Of a DNA stretch of 64,000 bases, positions 11,066-20,472 are shown in pieces. The notes under the pieces were generated by a model. It saw nothing but the letters and a program-made list of their open reading frames with translations. It made no database searches and was not told where the DNA came from. The stretch is from Flavobacteriales bacterium (GTDB lineage Bacteria > Bacteroidota > Bacteroidia > Flavobacteriales_C > GCA-002722245): positions 198,630-262,629 of the forward strand of contig PBEC01000018.1 in NCBI GenBank assembly GCA_002717515.1, in the 5' to 3' direction. Position 1 is the first letter of the stretch; every line of letters starts with the position of its first letter. Position numbers and translations under genes: made by a program.

Positions 11066-12039
11066 TGTTTCGGAAAACAATTCCTATAGTTTTGTTCGGA
11101 GGCATTCATTTGATGTTTCTATTGGGTATTGTGTTTAATATTTTTGGCTTATTGTCGGTACTTGGTTTTGTACCTTTATCTGCTTACATTTTTTTTAAGT
11201 ATACACCCGTTAAATTTAATTTCAAAGAGTATTTATTCACATTGATATTATTCGGGGTTGGTTATGTGCTGACCACTCAAGCAATTGATGTTTTTTCAGT
11301 AACCTCAGTTTATGCATCGGCTTTAGTAGGGGCTGTTTTTTCTTTTTTTCATTTAAAATATTTTCCATTATTTTCTTCTGTTATTTACTCCGGATCCTTT
11401 GCTGGAATGGTTTCAGATTTTCATATCGAAGAGATTTATGTTGAATGTTTAATTATAATTCTAGGGGGGAATTTATTTTACTTTTTGAAAGATAATTTCA
11501 ATGGTCTGGGAGGGAAATTGGGGTCAATTGGATTTGGCGCTATGTTATTTCCTGTAATCCTTGGAAGAGAAAAATCATTTTTAAATGAGGTATTTGATGA
11601 ATGTATTTCAATTAATCCGATAGGTGAATTATCGTCTAACAAAACGCTGCTGTTCATTGTAATTACTTCTCTTTTTGGAACAATATTAACCTATTGGTTA
11701 AATAACAAAAAGGGATATGGGCCTATTAAAGCATCTGCTATCCCTGCTTTTATTGTAGCTATACCGCTTCAATTAATTCCAATCTCGGGGTTTATGGCAT
11801 TAGTTCCCGTAGTTTTTTTTGGAGCTTCATTTGTCGGAATGTCCAATGACAAAACTTTAGGGTGGTTTCCAATTGTTGTTTCTAGTTTATTTTATGCTGT
11901 ATTGTTCCACTTTATTCATCCTCATTTCAATGGTTATGGCGGTTCATTGGGAGCCACGGCATGTTTGAGTTGTTTATTTGGACTGCTACTTCAGAAAACT
12001 TTCCAACGCAAGTCGGTAAGAATCCAGTCCAAACCCTAG
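11062..12039 (+). CDS. multi-pass integral membrane protein of unknown function; start (GTG 11062 / ATG 11065) overlaps or abuts the nadE stop
   Basis: About 9-10 predicted hydrophobic helices throughout. No catalytic motif recognised. Confidence 0.4.
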   Translation: MMFRKTIPIVLFGGIHLMFLLGIVFNIFGLLSVLGFVPLSAYIFFKYTPVKFNFKEYLFTLILFGVGYVLTTQAIDVFSVTSVYASALVGAVFSFFHLKYFPLFSSVIYSGSFAGMVSDFHIEEIYVECLIIILGGNLFYFLKDNFNGLGGKLGSIGFGAMLFPVILGREKSFLNEVFDECISINPIGELSSNKTLLFIVITSLFGTILTYWLNNKKGYGPIKASAIPAFIVAIPLQLIPISGFMALVPVVFFGASFVGMSNDKTLGWFPIVVSSLFYAVLFHFIHPHFNGYGGSLGATACLSCLFGLLLQKTFQRKSVRIQSKP

Positions 12040-12402
12040 AATAACCCCTTGACAAACAGGAGAGATGTAAGAGTGATGACGAAATTTTTCTCTTTGGTGA
12101 GTATTCGAGATGTGAACCTCAATTACAGGTGTTTCAATTCCTGAAATGGCATCTCTAAGGGCCACAGAGGTATGAGTGTATGCTCCTGCATTGATGACAA
12201 TCCCATCGTAAGTAAATCCAACCTTATGAATTTTGTTAATTAACTCACCTTCAACATTACTTTGAAAAAATTCTAAATTCAGAGTGTTGAATTTGGACTT
12301 TAGTTTTTTAAAATAGTCTTCGAAGGTTGTGGAGCCATAAACCTCGGGTTCTCTTTTCCCTAATAAGTTTAGATTTGGTCCATTGATGATTAAGATTTTC
12401 AT
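11986..12402 (-). CDS. aroQ: 3-dehydroquinate dehydratase, type II
   Basis: MKILIINGPNLNLLGKREPEVYG..HISN..R is the canonical type II DHQase. 138 aa. Confidence 0.9.
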   Translation of the reverse strand: MKILIINGPNLNLLGKREPEVYGSTTFEDYFKKLKSKFNTLNLEFFQSNVEGELINKIHKVGFTYDGIVINAGAYTHTSVALRDAISGIETPVIEVHISNTHQREKFRHHSYISPVCQGVILGFGLDSYRLALESFLK

Positions 12403-12424
12403 ATTTCAAAAGTACAAAAAATGA

Positions 12425-12877
12425 TTATTCTTTGTTTTTAGTATCAATATTGATGGTAACAGGTCCCTCGTTCACAAGAGAAATTTTCATTTCTGCTCCA
12501 AACTTACCTGTTGCGATCTTCTTTCCAGTTTTCTTTTCTAAATCAATTATAAATTCCTTGTACATTTTTTTGGCGAAATGTGGTTCACCCGATTGCGTAA
12601 AACTGGGACGATTTCCTTTTTTAGTTTTCGCAAAGAGAGTAAATTGACTTACCACAATTATATCTCCGCAAACATCCATAACACTTTTGTTCATTGATGC
12701 ATTTTCATCGGGAAAAATTCTTAAGTTGCTAATTTTACTAGTAAGCCAGTTGATGTCCTCAAATGTATCCTCATTCTCTATTCCAATTAGAACAAGAAGA
12801 CCTCTTCTAATTTCTCCTGCCACAACCTTATTAATTATAACTGATGCCTCAGAAACTCTTTGAATCGTAACTCTCAT
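12425..12877 (-). CDS. dtd: D-aminoacyl-tRNA deacylase
   Basis: MRVTIQRVSEASV...SQFTLFA...NEGPVT motifs of Dtd. 150 aa. Confidence 0.9.
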   Translation of the reverse strand: MRVTIQRVSEASVIINKVVAGEIRRGLLVLIGIENEDTFEDINWLTSKISNLRIFPDENASMNKSVMDVCGDIIVVSQFTLFAKTKKGNRPSFTQSGEPHFAKKMYKEFIIDLEKKTGKKIATGKFGAEMKISLVNEGPVTINIDTKNKE

Positions 12878-13803
12878 TATCGATAATTTTCTCTCTTATT
12901 GTCGTTAAAAATACTGAGGTAGCTGTTGTATCGCGAAAACGACAAATCCCCTTGTTCTAAAGCTGTTTTTACGGCACAATTTGGCTCGTTAATATGAACG
13001 CAATTATTGAATTTACAATGAGATTTTAGTCGTAAAAACTCCGGAAAAAAATTGCTTAATTCATCGGGTGCAATATCAACAACACCTATCCCACGGATTC
13101 CGGGCGTATCAATCAAACGACCACCACCAGATAAATCGTACATTTCAGCAAATGTGGTAGTGTGGACACCTTGCTTGTGTATTTCTGAAATTTCTTTTAT
13201 TGAAATTTCTTCATTCGGAAGAAGTTTCTTTAGAAGACTACTTTTACCTACTCCGCTATTTCCGGAAAGAACGGTGGTTTTATCACGGAATAGATCCTTT
13301 ACCTCATCCAAATTGGTTCCTTTTTCAACACTGATTGGCAGAATCTTGTAGTCAGCATTATTGTAAATGGTTTCCCATTCAGCAAGCTGTTTTAATTGAG
13401 CATCTTTACAAAGGTCAATTTTATTTACAAGTATGACGGCAGGTATACCGTAAGCGGTAACACTTACAAGGAAACGATCGATAAATTCATTCAGTGTTTC
13501 AGGTTGAGTTATTGTGGCAATTAAAACAGCTTGGTCAATATTGGAAGCAATAATGTGGTATTGTTTAGATAGGTTTACGGATTTTCGAATTAAGTAATTT
13601 TTACGAGTGTTAATTTTAGAAATGATTCCTGTTTTTTTTTGGGGTTCCATTTCAAAATCTACAACATCGCCTACTGAAACAGGGTTTGTAACTTTTAATC
13701 CCTTGACCCTTAGTTTTCCTTTCAATCTGCACACGATGATGTTACCATCATTATTTTTAACCTTATACCAACTCCCGGTAGACTTGTATACAATACCTTT
13801 CAT
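12877..13803 (-). CDS. rsgA: ribosome small-subunit-dependent GTPase A
   Basis: OB-fold N-terminus. Circularly permuted GTPase motifs (NKIDL, GNSGVGKSSLL) and C-terminal zinc knuckle CKFNNCVHINEPNCAV. 1-nt overlap with dtd. Confidence 0.9.
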   Translation of the reverse strand: MKGIVYKSTGSWYKVKNNDGNIIVCRLKGKLRVKGLKVTNPVSVGDVVDFEMEPQKKTGIISKINTRKNYLIRKSVNLSKQYHIIASNIDQAVLIATITQPETLNEFIDRFLVSVTAYGIPAVILVNKIDLCKDAQLKQLAEWETIYNNADYKILPISVEKGTNLDEVKDLFRDKTTVLSGNSGVGKSSLLKKLLPNEEISIKEISEIHKQGVHTTTFAEMYDLSGGGRLIDTPGIRGIGVVDIAPDELSNFFPEFLRLKSHCKFNNCVHINEPNCAVKTALEQGDLSFSRYNSYLSIFNDNKRENYR

Positions 13804-13866
13804 TTTTGTAAAAATAGAGTTTTTGGGTGACTCGATTAAGAATACGTATTATGTTGTTATAAATGT

Positions 13867-14805
13867 TTGTTAAATTTAAATTCAACTCATAAAATTAGTG
13901 CTATGTCGATATCGGTAAATCAAATAACAAAAACTTATGGAAAGCAAAAAGTGCTCGACAATGTAAGCTTTGAAATAGATGCAGGTGAGGTTGTTGGTTT
14001 TTTAGGACCAAATGGAGCGGGAAAATCTACGATGATGAAAATCTTAACCGGGTATGTTACACAAAGTGAAGGAGAGGTTTGCGTATGTGGAATTAATGTT
14101 CTTCACAATTCAATTGAATCAAGAAAAAAAATAGGATATCTTCCTGAGCACAATCCATTGTATTTAGATATGTACGTAAAAGAATTTCTTTCTTTTATTG
14201 CAGACATCCATAAGTTGAAAAATAAAAAAGAAAGAATTCTTGAAATGATTGAACTAACCGGCTTGGTTCCTGAAAAAACAAAAAAAATTCGACAATTGTC
14301 AAAAGGGTATCGTCAAAGGGTAGGTCTAGCCGCAGCCCTGATACATGATCCTGAAGTTTTGATTTTAGATGAACCTACAACCGGATTAGACCCTAATCAG
14401 CTAAAAGAAATCAGATCGTTAATTAAATCAATTGCAGAGAAAAAAACCATTATGCTGTCAACTCATATTATGCAAGAAGTAGAGGCTATCTGTGACCGCG
14501 CTATTATTATAACAAAGGGACAAATTGTAGCGGATGATAAAATTGAAATCCTTCAAAATAAAGAATCAGAAATTATTGAAGTTGAATTTCAAAATCCAAT
14601 TTCAATAGAAACATTGGAAAATATAAAAGGCGTGAAGCATGTTCTTGAAAAATCTGATACTCGATTTGATTTGGTATCCATGAATTCAACTGATATCAGA
14701 CCTTTAATTTCTCAGTTTGCTATTAACAATTCTAATCTTGTTTTAAGTATGCAAAAGAGAGAGCAAAAGATGGAAGATATTTTTCAAAACCTTACCAAAG
14801 AATAA
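13867..14805 (+). CDS. ABC transporter ATP-binding protein (GldA-like ABC ATPase of Bacteroidetes)
   Basis: Walker A GPNGAGKSTMMKIL, signature LSKGYRQRVGLA, Walker B LILDEPTTGLD. The N-terminus resembles GldA as recalled. No permease gene adjacent. Confidence 0.7.
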   Translation: MLNLNSTHKISAMSISVNQITKTYGKQKVLDNVSFEIDAGEVVGFLGPNGAGKSTMMKILTGYVTQSEGEVCVCGINVLHNSIESRKKIGYLPEHNPLYLDMYVKEFLSFIADIHKLKNKKERILEMIELTGLVPEKTKKIRQLSKGYRQRVGLAAALIHDPEVLILDEPTTGLDPNQLKEIRSLIKSIAEKKTIMLSTHIMQEVEAICDRAIIITKGQIVADDKIEILQNKESEIIEVEFQNPISIETLENIKGVKHVLEKSDTRFDLVSMNSTDIRPLISQFAINNSNLVLSMQKREQKMEDIFQNLTKE

Positions 14806-14844
14806 CATTTAAATAATTACATTTGTTTTTCAAAAATAAGTTCT

Positions 14845-16101
14845 ATGGCTAATTATTTATTTACATCTGAGTCCGTTTCAGAAGGACATCCCGATAAAGT
14901 TGCTGATCAAATTTCAGATGCTTTGATTGATAACTTTCTTGCTTTTGACTCACAGTCCAAAGTGGCTTGTGAAACATTAGTAACAACAGGTCAAGTTGTA
15001 TTGGCAGGTGAAGTAAAATCAAAAACCTATTTAGATGTTCAAAAAATTGCTCGAGATGTTATTCAAAAGGTTGGATATACTAAATCCGAGTATATGTTTG
15101 AAGCAAACTCTTGTGGTGTTTTGTCAGCCATTCATGAGCAATCCCCTGACATCAATCAGGGCGTTGACAGGGAGAGTCCTGAGGAGCAGGGAGCAGGAGA
15201 TCAAGGTATGATGTTTGGTTATGCGACTAAAGAGACAGAAAACTATATGCCGCTTGCGTTAGATCTCTCTCACAAAATATTAATTGAACATGCAAGGTTG
15301 AGAAGAGAAGGCAATTTGATTCCTTATTTAAGGCCAGATGCTAAATCTCAGGTTACTATTGAATATTCTGAAGATAACGTTCCATTGAGAATCGATTCAA
15401 TAGTTGTTTCGACACAGCACGATGATTTTGATACGGAAGAGACGATGTTGGAGAAAATTAAGGAGGATATTATAAATATATTGATACCTCGTGTAGTTGA
15501 ACAGCTTCCTGCAAATATTAAACTATTATTCAACAATGATATTGTTTACCATATTAATCCTACTGGAAAATTTGTTATTGGAGGTCCACACGGAGATACC
15601 GGTTTGACAGGTAGGAAAATTATTGTAGACACATACGGGGGAAAAGGAGCGCATGGAGGCGGTGCTTTTTCGGGAAAAGATCCTTCAAAAGTAGATCGCT
15701 CTGCAGCATACGCTACACGTCACATTGCAAAAAATCTAGTAGCCGCAGGAGTTTGTGACGAAGTTTTAGTTCAGGTTTCATACGCAATTGGAGTTGTAAA
15801 ACCGATGGCCATATTTATAAATACCTACGGTACATCGAAAGTTAACATGGACGATGGAGAAATAGCGAAAATTGTCGAAGAGGTTTTTGATATGCGTCCT
15901 TATGCTATAGAACAACGATTAAAATTAAGAAATCCAATATACTTTGAAACAGCTGCATACGGACACATGGGAAGAAAAAACCGGTTGGTTAAAAAAACTT
16001 TCATTGGTGCAGATGGAACTAGAAAACAGGTTGAAGTGGAATTGTTTACTTGGGAAAAGTTAGATTTTGTTGATAAAATTAAATTGGCCTTTTCTCTGTA
16101 A
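14845..16101 (+). CDS. metK: S-adenosylmethionine synthetase
   Basis: [33 protein letters not shown] and GGGAFSGKD are hallmark MetK motifs. Confidence 0.95.
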   Translation: MANYLFTSESVSEGHPDKVADQISDALIDNFLAFDSQSKVACETLVTTGQVVLAGEVKSKTYLDVQKIARDVIQKVGYTKSEYMFEANSCGVLSAIHEQSPDINQGVDRESPEEQGAGDQGMMFGYATKETENYMPLALDLSHKILIEHARLRREGNLIPYLRPDAKSQVTIEYSEDNVPLRIDSIVVSTQHDDFDTEETMLEKIKEDIINILIPRVVEQLPANIKLLFNNDIVYHINPTGKFVIGGPHGDTGLTGRKIIVDTYGGKGAHGGGAFSGKDPSKVDRSAAYATRHIAKNLVAAGVCDEVLVQVSYAIGVVKPMAIFINTYGTSKVNMDDGEIAKIVEEVFDMRPYAIEQRLKLRNPIYFETAAYGHMGRKNRLVKKTFIGADGTRKQVEVELFTWEKLDFVDKIKLAFSL

Positions 16102-16149
16102 TCTTTAATAAGGGTTTAAGTAAAATCTACTTTTAACGATAGCATGAAT

Positions 16150-16929
16150 TTATCGGATTATATAGTTTTCTTTTTTATGCCTTTTATCGAAGAAAATTAT
16201 TCCAATCCAAAAAATATCAACTGCACAAGTAACGGATGGATGTGATTGAATGTGTTTCCATGCTTCTTCCATTTCTTTACTCCAATGAATATCATCGAAT
16301 ATGAAAATTGAATTCTCATGTGCCTTTTCAAGGCACATGTCGAAGTATTCTATTGTAGGTTTCTTCTGGTGATTTCCATCGAAAAAAACGTAATCCAGTT
16401 CATCGTAATTGTGTATCACCTCAGAAAGTGTTTCAGAAAAATGCCCTACTTTAATTTGTACATTTGGTGCCTTGAAATTCGATAAAACTTTTTCTGCAAT
16501 TTTTGCTGTTTCAGGACATCCTTCCATGGTTGTAAAGTTTGCTTTTTTATTTGCGCCAATTTGGTAGCAGGCAGAAATCCCAAGTGAAGTTCCCAACTCA
16601 AGCATGTTGTTGGGTTGGAACTTATTGACGAGTCGAAATAAAATTTCACCAAGCCAGGGCGCCTTTGCTGAGTTGGTTGCTAAATCAGAAATTTTTCGCT
16701 CTTTAGAAGTGTTTATAGAACTTCCCGCCCCGAAGTCAGTAATTTTTATTTTGGAGTTGTTTTTCTTTAGAACGGTTCGAATTCCTTCAATTTCTTTGAA
16801 TGCATAAAATTTCTGATTGGAACGCAATACATCGAGAATTAAACTGTTTACAAATTCTGATTTTGTAATGTTTTTAGCATAAAGCCAATATTTGAAGTAC
16901 CTTCCTACGAATTGAAGTTTTTTAAGCAT
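16150..16929 (-). CDS. class I SAM-dependent methyltransferase (O-methyltransferase-like)
   Basis: Motif I LELGTSLGISACY and acidic VFFDGNH / FIFDDIH motifs of Rossmann-fold methyltransferases. Confidence 0.55.
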   Translation of the reverse strand: MLKKLQFVGRYFKYWLYAKNITKSEFVNSLILDVLRSNQKFYAFKEIEGIRTVLKKNNSKIKITDFGAGSSINTSKERKISDLATNSAKAPWLGEILFRLVNKFQPNNMLELGTSLGISACYQIGANKKANFTTMEGCPETAKIAEKVLSNFKAPNVQIKVGHFSETLSEVIHNYDELDYVFFDGNHQKKPTIEYFDMCLEKAHENSIFIFDDIHWSKEMEEAWKHIQSHPSVTCAVDIFWIGIIFFDKRHKKENYIIR

Positions 16930-16974
16930 TCTGCAAAGAAATGATATTTAACTCAAAATGCCCAAAAGCTTCAT

Positions 16975-17006
16975 GATTAAATAAAAGGGCTGATTATTCA
17001 GCCCTT
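16975..17006 (-). terminator. Rho-independent terminator downstream of the GldM-like gene
   Basis: Plus strand AAGGGCTG-ATTATT-CAGCCCTT gives a perfect 8-bp stem, followed on the minus strand by a U-run (TTTTATTT). Confidence 0.6.
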
Positions 17007-17048
17007 TACCTAACATCATATCTTGATTAGAGATATGTCCTGACAATA

Positions 17049-18659
17049 TTATCTGATGGTTATTCTTTGGAAAATTTTATGAGTTATTTTATCAGCTCCT
17101 TTAGCTTTCATTATAATTTCAATTTTATCACCCCTTCTTAATCTACTAATAAGGTTTTCTATTTCTTTATCAATAATTTTTCCATTAACTAGATTTGGAA
17201 GTGGAGTTATATTGTTTCCTTTTCGATATGAAATTTCAGCACTTATAATTTTGGGTGTAGATGAGATGGGAAATGATTTACTATATTTTGGTTTTGCACC
17301 AATTTGTTTTAAAACTGTAGCTAAACTTTCTGCACCAGCTAAACCATTCTTTACTCCGGGTGTGAAAATAAAAGGAGGCGGAAGAGACATGCTTTTCCAT
17401 GTTTGTTTGGAAACAACCTTTTTTTCACCATTAATATTGGCTAAAACTGTAATTTCAATTCTTCCACCTTTTGAAGGAGTAAATGTATATTTTCCATTTC
17501 CCTTTTGAGTAACTTTACATGAATTGCTTGCATTTACCGTTAGGTCTTCAGACTTAATTCCAGGAGCAGAAATACTTATATCATTCTCTAAACCTATATA
17601 CATAATGTTTAATTGATCGGACGAAATTACAGCACTTGGCGCTGCTACTGTATAGTTTTTCACAAATGGGTAGGAGAGGAACTCACCTTTTCTTTTGGGA
17701 TTGGGGTGAGGGACTTTCATTATTCCACCCCATGTGTGGTTTCCAGTCTCATTCGTTTTTATTTTAAACCTTCCCATACCACCATATACAGGGATAGTGT
17801 CGGTTTTATTCGTGAATTTTATTTCTCCCGTTTTTCCGTAATGAGCAATATCGTAATCACCTACAATTACAATTGGGTCTTGCGTGGTGTCTGAGGCGGC
17901 AAGAAATATATCTGCAGAATATTCGTCTCCTTGAAGTACATAGCTTGATTGAGCAATTGAAGTTGCTAATATTTTGTTGACTTTAACTTCATTAATTCCA
18001 ATGTTTTCCAATAAATAATTTATGGCTTGTGATTCAGAATTTCGAACGTAACTTTGAATATTTGTTAGGTTTGCAGTTACTGCAGCAAGAGGTAAATATT
18101 CACAGATACCATTTTCCCAAGGGCTCTCTACATCTTCATAATCAATATGGGGTGGAGTAGCTAAAAGTTTTTCAATACCATTGATTATTGCTGTGTCCTC
18201 GGGTTCAATTAATGCGATTAAGCTTGATTTATAATCATTAATTTTATTTTTAAGTTCTTCTCCAAATCCTTTTACGATTAGATATTCTGCTCCAACATCT
18301 TGGTTGTCTTTTCCAATAGGGATTCCGGTTTCATCATCAATTCCACCACCAAGTTCAATAATATCTGCTTTATATTTTTCAATATCCAAAAATAGCTGAT
18401 TCGACAATTTTTCAATATTCGAAGCGTTTTTTTCCGCTTTTATTGCAACATCAGCCCCGGATGCTGCTGCTGTTGTAATCTTAGAATAAATTGAATTGTT
18501 TGTTGCGTTAAAGTTTTTTGTGGTAATATCAATACCGTCTTCTAAAAAGATAAATGCATCCAATAAATCTTTTGATGCATTCATTGCCAACATTGCCAAC
18601 AGAACAAGGTACATCATACCGATCATTTGTTGGCGTGGGGTTTGTTTTACTCCTGCCAT
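17049..18659 (-). CDS. GldM/PorM-like protein (T9SS / gliding-motility GldM N-terminal domain homologue), orphan copy
   Basis: N-terminus MAGVKQTPRQQMIGMMYLVLLAMLAMNASKD closely matches the conserved GldM N-terminal TM segment (MAGGK..PRQKMINLMYLV..). 536 aa. Beta-rich C-terminal part. No gldK/gldL/gldN neighbours. Confidence 0.5.
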   Translation of the reverse strand: MAGVKQTPRQQMIGMMYLVLLAMLAMNASKDLLDAFIFLEDGIDITTKNFNATNNSIYSKITTAAASGADVAIKAEKNASNIEKLSNQLFLDIEKYKADIIELGGGIDDETGIPIGKDNQDVGAEYLIVKGFGEELKNKINDYKSSLIALIEPEDTAIINGIEKLLATPPHIDYEDVESPWENGICEYLPLAAVTANLTNIQSYVRNSESQAINYLLENIGINEVKVNKILATSIAQSSYVLQGDEYSADIFLAASDTTQDPIVIVGDYDIAHYGKTGEIKFTNKTDTIPVYGGMGRFKIKTNETGNHTWGGIMKVPHPNPKRKGEFLSYPFVKNYTVAAPSAVISSDQLNIMYIGLENDISISAPGIKSEDLTVNASNSCKVTQKGNGKYTFTPSKGGRIEITVLANINGEKKVVSKQTWKSMSLPPPFIFTPGVKNGLAGAESLATVLKQIGAKPKYSKSFPISSTPKIISAEISYRKGNNITPLPNLVNGKIIDKEIENLISRLRRGDKIEIIMKAKGADKITHKIFQRITIR

Positions 18660-18892
18660 TATAAATGTTTTTATTGATTAGATAACCCTTATGGATTAAC
18701 TAGGCGACAACTTGAGCTCTTTGTTGATGCTTCAATGGTTAAATACAGTAAAATAAAATGGTTACACTTTTTATTTATTTCTTTTAAAAGAAGAGCTTAT
18801 AAGCACAGAAAATGCTCTCAGAAACAGGGTTTGAGAGGAATCGGGGTTTCAAATTTGAATTTATTGTTGACTAAAAATGTAGAACTATTAAG

Positions 18893-19252
18893 TTATGCAA
18901 GAGCTACCTCTTGAATTTTTGAATCTAAATGATCATAGTTTATGGGTTTTCTTAAAACTAAATCATTGTCAATTTCATTATCTAAATATTTAATGTATTT
19001 ATCTTTCAAAGAAGTTATAAATAGCATTTTTGTCTGTGTTTTATTTAAGTAATTGAGTGTTTTATACAATTCACTTCCCGTCACATAAGGCATAAGTAAA
19101 TCAGTTATGACTAAATCGGGCTGGTGTTTTAAAATTAATGATAAAGCTTCCATTGCATTGGTTGACTCAATAACCTTATGGCCTTTTTGATTTAAATAAA
19201 AGGAGAGTTTTTTAAGAACAAGTAAGTTGTCGTCAATTATTAAAATGTTCAT
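18893..19252 (-). CDS. single-domain response regulator (CheY-like receiver)
   Basis: MNILIIDDN.. acidic pocket, phospho-acceptor D in DLVITDLLMP, conserved T/S (FITSL) and K (LRKP). Confidence 0.8.
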   Translation of the reverse strand: MNILIIDDNLLVLKKLSFYLNQKGHKVIESTNAMEALSLILKHQPDLVITDLLMPYVTGSELYKTLNYLNKTQTKMLFITSLKDKYIKYLDNEIDNDLVLRKPINYDHLDSKIQEVALA

Positions 19253-19369
19253 GGCATCAAAACTTTAAGGGGTGTTTAGAGTATACGGTACTTAAAAATA
19301 TTTTGTCGTAAATTTATCGATAAAACACCTTAAATAAGCGATTAATAAATGTTTTGTTTCTATAAAAAT

Positions 19370-20422
19370 TTAATAATCAAAGCTTATTTTAATGCTTGGA
19401 CTAAGTACTTTTGCTTGGCAGGACAGCACAGCTCCACTTGAAACTTCATCATCTGAGAGTGCAATGTTGTTTTCCATTTCAACTTTTCCATCTCCTATAA
19501 AGCATTTGCAAACACCACATACTCCACCTTGACATGAAAATGGAATATCGTGTCCTGCTGAAAGCCCCGCTTCCAATATGGATTCATTTTTCTTTACAAC
19601 AAATTCTATTGTCTCTCCATTTAAAGTTGCTGTTGCAGAGCTCGAACCTTTTGATTTTTTGAGTGGTACTGACTTTTCTGTAGTTTTTGCTGTGAAAAGC
19701 TCGTAATGTATTTTAGATGAATTGAAATTAAATTTATTTTCCAGTAGGTCAATTATACTTAATGTCATTTCTTGCGGACCACAAATAAAAATTTCATCAC
19801 ATGAATGAGCCGGTGCAAATTTTTTGAAAAGTTTTTTAAGTTTTCTTCCCTCAAGCCTTCCACTGTGAAACCGACTTTCTCCTTTAGTTTTACTGTATAT
19901 GTAATGAACATTCAGATTGTTATTAAACTGAGTAATCAGTTCGTCAATTTTATTTTTAAATATGGTTAATTCAGGTGATTTGTTTCCATAAAATAAGTTT
20001 ACAGTACTGTTAGGTTCATCATTCAGAATGGTTTTCAAAATTGAAATAATAGGAGTTATTCCACTTCCGGCCGCAATTAAGGTGTAGGATTTTTGGTTTT
20101 GTTTATTGGTTTCAACAAAGAAGTTTCCGGCCGGTTTACCCAATTCAATGTGATCTCCAGTTTTTAGTTTTGTATTGGCGAACGTAGAAAATTTACCGTT
20201 TTGAATCTGTTTGACAACTACTTTTAATTTTCCCGATTTAGGTGTTGAACACAAAGAATATGATCTTCTTAATTCTTCACCATTTACAGTGTGTTTAAGT
20301 GTTAGGAATTGTCCTGACTTGAATGAAAATTCTTCAATAAGGTCAGAGGGCACCTCGAATTCTATGGATACAGATTCTGAGGTTTCTTTTTGAATACCTT
20401 TGATACGTAAGGAGTGGTGCAT
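19370..20422 (-). CDS. ferredoxin-NAD(P)+ reductase-type oxidoreductase with C-terminal plant-type 2Fe-2S ferredoxin domain (PaaE / oxygenase-reductase-like)
   Basis: FAD motif RSYS, NAD motif GSGITPIISI, and C-terminal cysteine cluster CQGGVCGVCKC...C. Confidence 0.75.
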   Translation of the reverse strand: MHHSLRIKGIQKETSESVSIEFEVPSDLIEEFSFKSGQFLTLKHTVNGEELRRSYSLCSTPKSGKLKVVVKQIQNGKFSTFANTKLKTGDHIELGKPAGNFFVETNKQNQKSYTLIAAGSGITPIISILKTILNDEPNSTVNLFYGNKSPELTIFKNKIDELITQFNNNLNVHYIYSKTKGESRFHSGRLEGRKLKKLFKKFAPAHSCDEIFICGPQEMTLSIIDLLENKFNFNSSKIHYELFTAKTTEKSVPLKKSKGSSSATATLNGETIEFVVKKNESILEAGLSAGHDIPFSCQGGVCGVCKCFIGDGKVEMENNIALSDDEVSSGAVLSCQAKVLSPSIKISFDY

Positions 20423-20472
20423 ATTTATAATTTAATAAAAATCCTGACAAATGTAAAAAAGTAATTAGGTTT

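Noticed and set aside
11986-12039. 54-bp convergent overlap between the membrane-protein ORF and aroQ
   Set aside because: Both stops are fixed by the sequence. Convergent 3' overlaps occur in compact genomes. No evidence of a frameshift or fusion.
19253-19369. Long-range inverted repeat (AAGGGGTGTTT ... AAACACCTTA) between the receiver gene and the reductase gene
   Set aside because: Imperfect stem with a ~45-nt loop and no following U-run. More likely chance similarity in AT-rich promoter DNA than a structured element.
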